A stretch of DNA of 63,983 nucleotides, filler included, from Trichomonas gallinae (taxonomy: Eukaryota): assembly GCA_008369845.1 (NCBI GenBank). It is 7 parts of 7 records of this genome, joined end to end, with 100 filler letters (N's around TTAATTAATTAA, not from the genome) between each part and the next. Parts side by side here need not be neighbours in the genome. Positions count along the whole stretch, not along the records: positions 23,903 to 35,700 come from MRSU01001090.1; positions 35,801 to 50,986 come from MRSU01001091.1; 5 more parts are not named here. The stretch is one strand, 5' to 3'. Shown one piece after another: positions 30,452 to 40,849 of this stretch (the stretch's first letter is position 1; each line of letters opens with the position of its first letter). Position numbers and translations under genes: made by a program. The notes below the pieces were generated by a model, which saw nothing but the letters and a program-made list of their open reading frames with translations, searched no databases and had not been told where the DNA came from.

Positions 30452-33400
30452 ATGGGTGAAATTGATTCTTTTGCTCGTTTCATGCCATTATTACATGATC
30501 CGGTGCCAGAAGTATCATCACAAGCCATCAAAAGCATCAAAGCTCTCTACGAGCAGTTTCCAGACAGAGTTTTCGAATTATTGCAGAAAGAACTCGACAA
30601 ATCATTAGATGACATAAAGAAATGCGTAACGATAGTCAAAATTATCACGGAAATCGCTGACCATTCCGAGATTTCTCTTGCAAATAAAATGGCAGCTTTT
30701 AAATTATGTCTTAAAATCACGACTTATACGAAAGAAGTGCACTCTGATATCATAAAAATGATCCCAGAGCTTATTACTCTGCTAATTAACCACAATGAAG
30801 ACTTATTGGATAAATATTTAACATTATTCATGCAAATCGATGAATTTTCGGCTGTCAATATTTTCACTTACTACGAAATCATCAAATCAAACGGAATTCT
30901 CATGAAAGATCGCATTAACAACGATATCATGTTTTTATGCCCATATATTTTAACAGCTGAAGCCAGAGACTTCAGAATTGTATTTGCGAATATATTTGAT
31001 AAAGCTATTGAAATTGTTCTACAAAGTGGAACTCAACTCTCAGAGAAAACAGCTTCATTAATGTATGATAATTGCCTTCACGTATTTTTCGAAAATAATG
31101 TTCCGAACACTGAAAAGACACGATACCTTGATATCGTGCAGCGTTTGGCCAGGATAATTTCAACTCATTTCACACAATCAAGAATTCACGTCGCTTTCGC
31201 TAAAATCGGCCTTTTAATACTTATTCCAGAACTATATGACAAGGCAGTCAACTTGTTGACTGTTATTGTCGATTATGCTCCAGATATTTCAACATTAAAT
31301 GCATTTATTACATCATTAGTCGAACCATTGATAAGAAACGTCAAGAATGATTACACAGATCCACTGCATCTCCTCAAAGTTTTCGCAAAAGTAAATTCTC
31401 AGCAAACTGTTGATTTAGTCTTGAAAATCGCAAAAGAAGGAAGAGTCGAGAATGTAATCAAATCTCTGCATTATTTAATCGACAACAACCTCGTTCAGCC
31501 TGTTAGCGGTCCAGCAATCCTTCTTGCTTTGGAATCTATGCTGAATTCACAATTGCCAAGTTATCTTCGCAAATTAGTCTTCATCATTTGGGAGAAATTA
31601 GCTGGATTGGGTGTAGATACTGCACCTATCATTCAGCCTCTCTTTGTTCAAGCTTCTTCGCCTAAATCGAGAGATACAATACATGATTTTGAAAGCGCTG
31701 CAATTAAAGTCGCTCCGACACTCAAATACCCACAGTTACCAGCTATAGCTTACGATACAAAGAATATTTCAGTCGCACACATTGCTTTTGCGATGATGAA
31801 TATTATGAGTTGCAATTTCGTTATTCCATCAGTTGCATCACACATTTTCTTGATCAGAACATTGATTTACGTTTCTTCTCCTTTCTTTTCAATTGAATCA
31901 AGGATGAATATTTTAAGATTATACACAAAGTTGACAAATAAGCGCGAATTCGAAGGCGCCGTTGCCAATTTTGATGCAAAGCACTGCCAATTCCATGCAA
32001 CAAAGTTTTTCATCGAATTTGTCAGAAAATTAGCGAATTCAACATTCGACAGCGAGAACTGGATCCCAGCAGCGCAGCAGATAATCGACGGCTTCGACAG
32101 CGAGTCTCACCCATTCACTCCAAAGCAGAAACTGTTAAGTCCACAAAATACAGCTAACCTTAAATCATCATATGCCATAATTTTGACAGGAGTTTACATG
32201 TCAGATATTAACAAAAATCAAGCAATGCAGAAATTACAGAATTTACTGATGAAATGCGAAACAAAGTTTGTCGAGGAGTCAGTTCCATTCGCATTATGCT
32301 TGTGTGAGCTTCGCAAGTCATTTGAAAAAATTGCAGATGATGTTTATAAGCAGAAGAATGATCACATGCAGAAAGACCAGAGCTCAGCACCAAGGAGAGC
32401 AATGCAGCTTATATATAACTACAAGCATCAGAACTACAACGACTCGACAGCAGATTCATGCCTTTCATTCGACATTCCACCAGTTGTTGCAGCACACGCG
32501 CAGAGAAAGATAATGATGAACAGGGGAGGCTCAGTGCCAAACATGGAGAAGCAGGTCAGCGCAATTGACAGATTGCTGGGTAATAAGGATTTGGCAGTTT
32601 GCAAAGTGGCAATTGACACTTTTTACTTCTTATTGTCAAACGGTCATATCGCCACAAGTCTGACACAGATTCCTACGATATTAAAGAAGTGCATGCAGCA
32701 GCTGAGGCACCATTTAACCGAAGGCACGAAACAGAAGATCGTTAGCATAATCAATTCGACTCCACCCGAAATTAATTTTGCCAACATTTTATCCGTCATA
32801 TTGTCAGAACCTAAGTTTTATGATGAAACTATGATGAAGTTATGCAGCGACATAGTTAACAATGCCACAAACACAATTAATCTTAGAACACCAGCAAATG
32901 CAGCTTCTGTTGCTGTCTTACAATATGAAAACGAATACAAAGAAGATTGCAAACTAATTTTGACAAAAATTTTCTATCATAAAAGCGACGAAGACCAATT
33001 TGCCGATGCATACTTCAAAGTGGCAACAGCAGCGGAAATCGACGAATTCATCCCATTCATGTTCTCTTTCATTTCCCTTCCAGCACCATGGAATTCTAAT
33101 TCCCTAAACATTTTGCTGAGATTTATCAACACAGAAAGATTCCAGTCTATTTTGGATTCGGTGACTGTCTGCTTCTTCAACGCAATTTCTTCTGTTTCTT
33201 TGGCTGGCTTCTTGGATCTCGGTGAAGCAATATTTAATATGGATAAACCTAAATTCATCATGTCACTTTTGAACAAACCGTCACATCCGCCAAGAGAATT
33301 AGTTTACTTCTTTGCTCTTAAGTTTGATGTCTACGGACAGAGTCTGATCGATGCTGTTACTTTTAATGGATTCAATCCTAAATCAACGATTCATCTCGCA

Positions 33401-34525
33401 TTCATTAAAATTGTCAATGAAACGAAAGAAATTCCTACAGATATGCTTCAAGCAACATATATAGCTTTGATTCAAAGCATGGCACAGAGCGAAACACTTT
33501 TGAATGATGGAATAGAAACAGTTAAAAAGATGTCGAAATATTATCCACTCATCAACACAAATCAAGTACAAATCGCTTTAAATGATGCAGCAAGAACTAA
33601 GACCGTCAACTTCGCAACAATTTCAGCACTTTTGACAGTTGTCGCACAAGACTTGAACGTCTACAATCTAACATATTTCGCGAAATTCTGTCCATATGGT
33701 GCTTTAGCCGGTTATTCCCAGATCGCTTCAAACGAAAGACCTGTTTTGACAGATATTATGTCTCTGTGCAAATCATGCCCAGGCGGCGCATTGTTGGCAC
33801 TGCCGAGCATAGTCAAATTCGCGCCAGAAAGATATGGAACGACAATGATCGGATCTGCAGTTGATTTCATTTTGTCACAAGCGACAGAAAACGAAGAGTC
33901 ATTCAAGTGCATGATGAATTTATACGAGTGGCTTCCAGTAGATTTAGTCTACGAAAAGGCAACATTTATTTTCGATGCAATCAAAGCGAACCTTTCTCTG
34001 ATGAATCCATTCCCATACGCGTTCAACTTCTTGACGCAAATATCTGATTCTAAGACATTTGTCGGCCGTGGAGAATTCAGAGAATATCTGCCGAAATTCA
34101 TCATCATGTGCTTCGGATTCTCGCAGCACAATTTCACAGAGATCCTCACTGCTGCAAGGACGGCTTTGTGTTCCTGCTGCAGGCACTGCGCGATGTTCGG
34201 CACCGAGAAGATGCTCATGGAAAGCATCGGAGACATCAAAGATTTCGGCTTGACATCACTTAAGACATTCGTCCGCGAAATGGACGGAAGCTGCATCGAC
34301 GCTGCCATTTCTTTAGTTGAGCACGCAAACGACGCAGTGAAGATCAAGGCAGGCCAGATAATCATCGCTTCTGTCTCGTTCGGAAGAGGAGTAGAGAGAA
34401 ACATCCACATGAAGGTTGTAAATCTGCTCGGCAGCGAAAAGGAGGAAGTTAAGATCAGCATCCTCAAGGCTATAAAGATGTACCCAGTCATCAGGCCAGC
34501 CAGCAGTGAACAGGAAAAAGTTTAG
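30452..34525 (+). CDS. Large HEAT/ARM-repeat protein
   Basis: 1357-aa helical ORF with HEAT-like units (LLHDPVPEVSSQAIKSI, LVEHANDAVKIKA, LLGSEKEEVKISILKAI). Confidence 0.7.
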   Translation: MGEIDSFARFMPLLHDPVPEVSSQAIKSIKALYEQFPDRVFELLQKELDKSLDDIKKCVTIVKIITEIADHSEISLANKMAAFKLCLKITTYTKEVHSDIIKMIPELITLLINHNEDLLDKYLTLFMQIDEFSAVNIFTYYEIIKSNGILMKDRINNDIMFLCPYILTAEARDFRIVFANIFDKAIEIVLQSGTQLSEKTASLMYDNCLHVFFENNVPNTEKTRYLDIVQRLARIISTHFTQSRIHVAFAKIGLLILIPELYDKAVNLLTVIVDYAPDISTLNAFITSLVEPLIRNVKNDYTDPLHLLKVFAKVNSQQTVDLVLKIAKEGRVENVIKSLHYLIDNNLVQPVSGPAILLALESMLNSQLPSYLRKLVFIIWEKLAGLGVDTAPIIQPLFVQASSPKSRDTIHDFESAAIKVAPTLKYPQLPAIAYDTKNISVAHIAFAMMNIMSCNFVIPSVASHIFLIRTLIYVSSPFFSIESRMNILRLYTKLTNKREFEGAVANFDAKHCQFHATKFFIEFVRKLANSTFDSENWIPAAQQIIDGFDSESHPFTPKQKLLSPQNTANLKSSYAIILTGVYMSDINKNQAMQKLQNLLMKCETKFVEESVPFALCLCELRKSFEKIADDVYKQKNDHMQKDQSSAPRRAMQLIYNYKHQNYNDSTADSCLSFDIPPVVAAHAQRKIMMNRGGSVPNMEKQVSAIDRLLGNKDLAVCKVAIDTFYFLLSNGHIATSLTQIPTILKKCMQQLRHHLTEGTKQKIVSIINSTPPEINFANILSVILSEPKFYDETMMKLCSDIVNNATNTINLRTPANAASVAVLQYENEYKEDCKLILTKIFYHKSDEDQFADAYFKVATAAEIDEFIPFMFSFISLPAPWNSNSLNILLRFINTERFQSILDSVTVCFFNAISSVSLAGFLDLGEAIFNMDKPKFIMSLLNKPSHPPRELVYFFALKFDVYGQSLIDAVTFNGFNPKSTIHLAFIKIVNETKEIPTDMLQATYIALIQSMAQSETLLNDGIETVKKMSKYYPLINTNQVQIALNDAARTKTVNFATISALLTVVAQDLNVYNLTYFAKFCPYGALAGYSQIASNERPVLTDIMSLCKSCPGGALLALPSIVKFAPERYGTTMIGSAVDFILSQATENEESFKCMMNLYEWLPVDLVYEKATFIFDAIKANLSLMNPFPYAFNFLTQISDSKTFVGRGEFREYLPKFIIMCFGFSQHNFTEILTAARTALCSCCRHCAMFGTEKMLMESIGDIKDFGLTSLKTFVREMDGSCIDAAISLVEHANDAVKIKAGQIIIASVSFGRGVERNIHMKVVNLLGSEKEEVKISILKAIKMYPVIRPASSEQEKV

Positions 34526-34626
34526 GTAATGTTTAGTTAAAAAAATACTTATTTTTTAATTTTATCTTTTATATACAAAATTTGATTACAACAATTCTTG
34601 ATAATATTCATCAATAACAACTATTC

Positions 34627-34865
34627 ATGTTTTAGCAGTCAAATTGGGGAATTTTACAATGTCAAATCGTCAGATTTTTCTTTCAAAATTTGAAAGAATT
34701 ACATTTTTAAAAGTGACACCTCGGGGGTTTTTAAAACAGGGGGAGTATTCAAATGTTCATTGAACATAGTGTAACCTTAAAGAATACGATTTTGGTCAGC
34801 TCTCAGCTCCAACAAGTGTAATGAGCCAGTGATGCTCATGCACTGTTTGAGAATGGTAGCTGACC
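34627..34865 (+). repeat. Dispersed element, copy 2 (hairpin in 'flip' orientation)
   Basis: Leader homologous to 23587-23747, then imperfect palindrome GGTCAGCT(34794)...ATGAGC-CAGTGAT-GCTCAT...AGCTGACC(34865). Confidence 0.85.
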
Positions 34866-35624
34866 CAGTGATTTATTTCGGAATGAGATTCAATTTGCGA
34901 ATTATATTCGTTCTGATTCGATGTCTTACACATCAATGTATGATACTCTTTTTCAAAATGTTCGCTTACAAATTGTCTGGAAGCTGTGAATCAACTTCTG
35001 TGCTCATCCAGTATCTTGAAGACTCAGTGAATAAAACTATGCATGCATTTCAAAATTACTTTCGTTCGATTATAATGTTAACAACCATATATTATGAATC
35101 TAATGCAGACTATGCGACAGATTGAATATCAAGTGTGAAAATACTTCTGTTATGTTAGCTCAATCAAAAATTATGATTGTAAGCATCATTACTGGCAGCA
35201 TGATGAATGCTTACGATTTCTATGAACTTTCATGTGTCACGCAAGATGTTTTTATAGAATAAATAATAAAAACCACGTGATTTTAGACTGTATCTGTTAT
35301 ATATACATGAATAATTGGTATAAGATGACATACGCAATGTAGATAATGACTATTTTGTAATTTTTAATAATCAATTACTATATACTATGGAATTACAATA
35401 TATTGTGAGAGATTTAATTGTGGTATAAAGGAAAGAATAGGTTGCTGAGTTTTATCAAATTAGATATTTAGAAGATTAATGAAATTGTTGTAAAACTCAA
35501 AAAATCAAGGAAAATGTAGTCTTTGATGATATATGAATTATTTTTGAGCTGCTAAAGCTCAGTTCAAAAATGAAAAGTTGTAATGTTCCATGGTAGATAA
35601 GAAAATAACGATCAAAATGAAATT

Positions 35625-35696
35625 GGGTGAATGGTATAATGGTTAGTATTGTTGATTGTGGCTCAATAGATCCGTGTTCGATTCACGGTTCACCCA
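35625..35696 (+). tRNA. tRNA-His, anticodon GTG
   Basis: Acceptor GGGTGAA/TTCACCC-A, anticodon stem GTTGA/TCAAT with loop TTGTGGC, T arm CCGTG-TTCGATT-CACGG. G-1 not encoded (T at -1). Confidence 0.93.
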
Positions 35697-35700
35697 AACT

Positions 35701-35800
35701 NNNNNNNNNNNNNNNNNNNNNNNNNNNNNNNNNNNNNNNNNNNNTTAATTAATTAANNNNNNNNNNNNNNNNNNNNNNNNNNNNNNNNNNNNNNNNNNNN
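35701..35800. other. Artificial contig linker
   Basis: N44-TTAATTAATTAA-N44. Confidence 0.98.
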
Positions 35801-35959
35801 TCAAATGAATCTTTTCCCACCTGTTTCTGCCTCAAAACTTATCACCACAGAACTGCTGTGAACATTCTTTAATAAATTGAGCTCGCTGTTGAACGTCTAA
35901 AGTCATAAATTTTGACAAATAAATAACAAAATTTATTTCATGAAAACATACAAATAAAT

Positions 35960-38900
35960 CTATAACATGATAACTTCAATTTGTTCGTTGAACCGTCCTA
36001 TATGAATCGACTTAGTGTAGTGCATGCCTGGCATCATTTTAGCGACGCATCCAACTTTGCCGTAATCAATATATCTAAACATCTGATCAGTCCTCCATAA
36101 TATGGAGTTCAAGAATGTCACACTCCATATCATATCGCGCTGTTCTGCTTTAGTAATGATTTCCGATTCAAGTGAAACGGCAATTTTAACATCTATCTTG
36201 TGCAGCTTCGCCGTTTCACGAGCGATTTGCGCGAAACTGACTGCATCACGCGAGGGCTGTCTCGATCCACTATTGTCGTGGAACAAAACATAAAAGGAAA
36301 ATCTCTGTTTTTCGAACATGAAGAAAGAAACGAACTGAGAAAACATGTCTTCAATCTTCATTGAATACATCAAGAATGCATTGTTTTGAACAGTTTCCGA
36401 GAAGCAGAAATTAACGACAGCAATTTCCTGGATATGCGAAGGTTTCTCTCTTTGAAGAATTGTTGGAATACTGAAAGTGAGCTTTATATCTTTGTTGAGA
36501 GCCTTCAGCATCTCGCGTTTCGTGTAGATTCCTGTCAAATCGGTTGAAACAGCAACTGCGTCTCCATGTATATCAGTGTTCTTAGGGAGAGAAGAGTGGC
36601 AGATGATGTTGTACGAGTAGTAGTGCTTCCTGCCGTCTGTATCTACAACCTCGTTTGGAAGGTTTTGTGCTTTCATGCCGATGACATCAGAGAATATTTC
36701 TTGGCCAGAGTCGTTGACTTCTATTATATTCTTCTTCTTGTCCAGCTGAAATGTTGGGATTGGAAGAGCGTCGTATATCTCCCCAATTAGCGGATATGGT
36801 GGATCTTTGAATCCTGTGAATGTTCCATCGTCATCGAAAAACGGATTTTCTGTATCAGCGATCGATAAGATTCTGTAGATGAGATCAATTGCTGTGTTGA
36901 ACTTGCTGACTGTTGAAACGCTGAACATGAGCATGAGGATGACCAAAACAATAAGTACAAATGGTGTGATGGCTATAGAGAAGATTAATGAGTCATTAAT
37001 TATTTGTTCAACAGTCAAGAAATCGTGGAACAGGTTAATTACAGGACCACCGGAATATATACTTGCTGGTAATGCCATATATGCGGATTCTTTCACGTTC
37101 TGATCAATTTCCATTGACTTCAATAAAATATACATGTCTCTAAGGAGGATAGATGAGCTATTGTAGAAGTCTACGAATATATACTGGTTAGCCTGCATGA
37201 TTGTGGCATCAATATCATCCTGTGTTAAATCAGACGCATGAATCATAACGTTATCTGATGAATTAAAATCATAGACTCCTGTTGTTGAGCTGTCCATAAA
37301 GGTGGTGATCAGTGAGTCTAAATAGCCGTATTCAGCGGCAAAAGTTTCAAATGCATCGTTAATAAATGTATCATTAACATCTGAAGAGTTGTAAATAGCT
37401 GGTAAGAATATGGAATTAAGACCGATTGTTCCAGCAATCTGCGAAAAGAACAGCGTTGTTGACGTAAAGCTTAAATATTTGTTGTGGATTCGATACATAT
37501 CCATAGTATAAGCGAAAATAACAACTAATGGGAGGAATAATGTTGTGAACAGGAGCAAAAATGAGTGATTGAGTCTATTTTTGGTTACTGCTTCTTTATT
37601 TTCTGATCCGACCAAATATTGATATTTGTGAAGCATCATTGTCGAAAATAGCTTCGACAGGTGCATTGGTTGGTAACTGAGGTTCGCCATGATTCTATCA
37701 CCAAGTCTGTAGATCCAGATGCACAGGAAAAGCCAATGTAAGAGGCCAAAGGCAATTAAAGCAAGGCAAATATAAAGTGCTAAGTTAACGAATGTCCTTC
37801 TTGTATTGTAAAGCGTATGTATATCATATCCGTAATCATATAACATTTCAATAATGTTTTGTGTAACATCTAAGCATTGCGTAAAGTTTCCATTTTCCGC
37901 TGTATTTAAAATGGCATCCAATCCTTCTTCCATTAATGCTTTTCTTGTTGAATTTTCTGCAATGAAAGAAAATTTCAACAGAAATTTCCCTGTATTCTTC
38001 AATGAAGTGATATATGAATCATACATGGTACTATTGGTGGGATAAATCTGTGTATGAACAGGAATTGACCAAACCAATATAAATGAGCAGTAAAAGTCGT
38101 AGAAATCGCGTGTGTTAGATCTTGTGATTAATGACATGATAATAATACGCGAAATACCAATATATGGGAATATAATAACGAGAATTAAAATTGTATTAAC
38201 TGCAACTAAAAGCCAGACAAATTGTCTATATCCAGGCGGCTTTACTTGCGATATAACAGCTAGCCTTTCAATGAATCCGTCTTGTTCTTCTAAAACAAAA
38301 TCTTCATCTTCAAAATTTAATTTTTCGGCGGTGCTCATGTGTTCGCTGTCTTGACTTAGAGAATCAAGTTCATCGCCGTAGATTTCTACGTCAGCTTTAA
38401 ATACAATGTTTTTTACAAATCTTTTGTAATCAAAAGCAACAGATTTGTGCTGATTAAAGAACGGAGATACTTTTTCAACGAAGGATGATATATCGTTGAG
38501 GCATAATTTCGACATAATTATGTTGTTTTGAATAATATAATACCAATACGCATAATATAGGTTATAATTGTATTTAAGTAACGAAGACGTAAACTTTGAG
38601 TCTGGCTGATGACAGGAAGCCACAAAAGTTACTGATCTCAGCATTGGAATTATATACATATTTGTTGAGTCAAAGATTGAAAGCTGTTGCGTAAATTTAA
38701 GGATTTCTTTGTGACAATTTACATCATATAACTTATAGAGAAGCGCGAATAAGACTATAGAATGATTTTTTGGAAATGCTTGTAAAACTTTTTCAGGAAA
38801 ATTGGGCGGAAATCTATCCTGGTCCTTTCTGACGTCTGCTACACATAATATTCTGCATAGACGATTAGCTGAATAGTTCTTTGGATCAATGGTATCTAGT

Positions 38901-39868
38901 GAATTTAATAATTTTCTGACATTTACGTGAGCTACTACTGAATGCATGATAACTATGGTCAGATAGATACTTCCTGATCCATATATCGTAAGGAAATAAG
39001 TTTTTCTCGAGAAACTAAGAAATAGAGAAAGAAAAACAACAAAATTGGTAATTGTGATCAAATAAGTAATGAGCATTGCAAGAACGCAGTGAACAATGTT
39101 GTGGAAGCATGGCATTGCAAATAACTTGTAGCTGCTCCAAATTCCGTATAATGTTAAGCAAATCGAGATAAAAAGTGAAGAATTTCGATCGCCTGATGTA
39201 TATTCGTTATATATTGATGCTACTATAGAACTCAAGTAATAAATAAAGAAATTTGTAGTATTTGCAATATTTGGTGAAACAAAAGGTAATTTATCCATTC
39301 TTGTATCTGAAAGTAGCTTAAATGTTCCAAATATGCATGCTGGGAAACAGCAAAGACATAAAATCAGCTGAGTTGCCCAAGTCGAATTTAAATCTTGAAT
39401 TAAGTTAAGTAATGATGTGAAAAAAATGATAATAACTAGTGTAAGTATGCATGGCGAGCATATATCGTATATTGAACTGAATTTAGATAGAATAAATGAT
39501 GATAATGTTTTTGAATTCAAGTGATAAATATGAATACCTAGGGAAACTATTGAGAAAATTAGTACAAGTACAACTGTGTAGAAAGAGTAGAGAGAGAAAA
39601 CTGAATTTATTTCTTGTGCTGTTGGATATCCAAATATGTCTCTGATTATTAAAAGGCTTTTATTACTAATAACTTGTCCTTTTAGAATCACTACGACGAA
39701 TGATGAAGTAATAACCTGAATTGTTATCAGTATCAGGTTCAAAAAAGCAACAATATATTGTCCAACGACTTGTTTCCACGAAACAGGCCCGAAATCATCA
39801 AATGATCGCATGAATGACATGAAAGGATTAAGAATCTCGACATCTGAAAACATTGATGTCCCTTTCAT
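35960..39868 (-). CDS. Multi-pass membrane protein of transmembrane adenylyl cyclase architecture with degenerate PAS and cyclase-like C-terminus
   Basis: Many TM helices in clusters, PAS-like IYDALPIPTFQLDKKKNIIEVNDSGQEIF, C-terminal cyclase-fold-like segment (DAVSFA, VKIAVS, IDYGKV) lacking the catalytic motifs. Confidence 0.6.
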   Translation of the reverse strand: MKGTSMFSDVEILNPFMSFMRSFDDFGPVSWKQVVGQYIVAFLNLILITIQVITSSFVVVILKGQVISNKSLLIIRDIFGYPTAQEINSVFSLYSFYTVVLVLIFSIVSLGIHIYHLNSKTLSSFILSKFSSIYDICSPCILTLVIIIFFTSLLNLIQDLNSTWATQLILCLCCFPACIFGTFKLLSDTRMDKLPFVSPNIANTTNFFIYYLSSIVASIYNEYTSGDRNSSLFISICLTLYGIWSSYKLFAMPCFHNIVHCVLAMLITYLITITNFVVFLSLFLSFSRKTYFLTIYGSGSIYLTIVIMHSVVAHVNVRKLLNSLDTIDPKNYSANRLCRILCVADVRKDQDRFPPNFPEKVLQAFPKNHSIVLFALLYKLYDVNCHKEILKFTQQLSIFDSTNMYIIPMLRSVTFVASCHQPDSKFTSSLLKYNYNLYYAYWYYIIQNNIIMSKLCLNDISSFVEKVSPFFNQHKSVAFDYKRFVKNIVFKADVEIYGDELDSLSQDSEHMSTAEKLNFEDEDFVLEEQDGFIERLAVISQVKPPGYRQFVWLLVAVNTILILVIIFPYIGISRIIIMSLITRSNTRDFYDFYCSFILVWSIPVHTQIYPTNSTMYDSYITSLKNTGKFLLKFSFIAENSTRKALMEEGLDAILNTAENGNFTQCLDVTQNIIEMLYDYGYDIHTLYNTRRTFVNLALYICLALIAFGLLHWLFLCIWIYRLGDRIMANLSYQPMHLSKLFSTMMLHKYQYLVGSENKEAVTKNRLNHSFLLLFTTLFLPLVVIFAYTMDMYRIHNKYLSFTSTTLFFSQIAGTIGLNSIFLPAIYNSSDVNDTFINDAFETFAAEYGYLDSLITTFMDSSTTGVYDFNSSDNVMIHASDLTQDDIDATIMQANQYIFVDFYNSSSILLRDMYILLKSMEIDQNVKESAYMALPASIYSGGPVINLFHDFLTVEQIINDSLIFSIAITPFVLIVLVILMLMFSVSTVSKFNTAIDLIYRILSIADTENPFFDDDGTFTGFKDPPYPLIGEIYDALPIPTFQLDKKKNIIEVNDSGQEIFSDVIGMKAQNLPNEVVDTDGRKHYYSYNIICHSSLPKNTDIHGDAVAVSTDLTGIYTKREMLKALNKDIKLTFSIPTILQREKPSHIQEIAVVNFCFSETVQNNAFLMYSMKIEDMFSQFVSFFMFEKQRFSFYVLFHDNSGSRQPSRDAVSFAQIARETAKLHKIDVKIAVSLESEIITKAEQRDMIWSVTFLNSILWRTDQMFRYIDYGKVGCVAKMMPGMHYTKSIHIGRFNEQIEVIML

Positions 39869-40849
39869 GCCAAAGAAAAATATAAATTATTTATAAAAGG
39901 TTATTTTTTAAAAAAATAGAAAAATATCGTTCGAAATATGTTTAATAGCGCGCATTTATTTTCCACAAATTTTTGAGAAACTTTTATGTCACTTTTTTGT
40001 TATCGAACTTCATAATATTATACTACATCTTATTTTGATCTATTTTTAAAAATTTTATTTTGGCACTTTTTAATTACCGAATTTTATTATTTTATTCTAG
40101 ATGCTATATTGATATATGTTGGAATTATATTTTGTCACTTTTGATATTAACACAAAAATCAACCAAAATTGTAGAAACAACTGCTTTCTTAATACAAAAT
40201 AATAGGAAGTTCTCTTTATATTAGATTTATTTTGTTAAAAATCCAATCAGGCAAAATTTTCAGATTGTTGATATATTTAGCTATCATATTTTGCGATATA
40301 ATCTGAATCAGAGGCACCAAACTATTAATTAGTAGTTGTTGTAAAACAATCAACTTCAGAACTTCAATAAATTATAATTCTTCTATGGGAATTCGATGCG
40401 CAATTTGATAATGCTACTTTGAACAACTTTAATCGTAAATTATAGCTTTTGACAGATCAGATATTGATCTTCTATCACCAAAGGCATTTGCTACGAAGAG
40501 TTATAAAATTTTTATATTCCAATTTCTTTCATTGATGTTAGATTCACTGTCTATGGATTCCACTAGAATATAAAGGATGGTTTTAGATGAATCTATGTAG
40601 GATCGAGCTCCTATTCTAGATCTCAAGATTTGTTGCTGAATAACACTGTAGGTGTTAGATAACATATTGTCTACTATGCTTCCAATAAATTGATATCCCT
40701 ATTATTTACATCATAAAAATTAAAATGTTTAGATTCTAATCATCATAAGGAACTGTATTGTCGACTAGAAGTTGTATGATTGATTTATTTAGGTATATAT
40801 GAATATAATTATTATAGACATTTCAATTTTATTGGAAAAATTTAAAAAA

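Noticed and set aside
34820..34840. Iron-responsive element (CAGUGN loop)
   Set aside because: The loop is 7 nt (CAGTGAT), there is no bulged C five pairs below it, and the homologous copy has the loop inverted
34829..35125. 98-aa ORF starting in the hairpin
   Set aside because: Non-ATG start within the repeat, no recognisable domain
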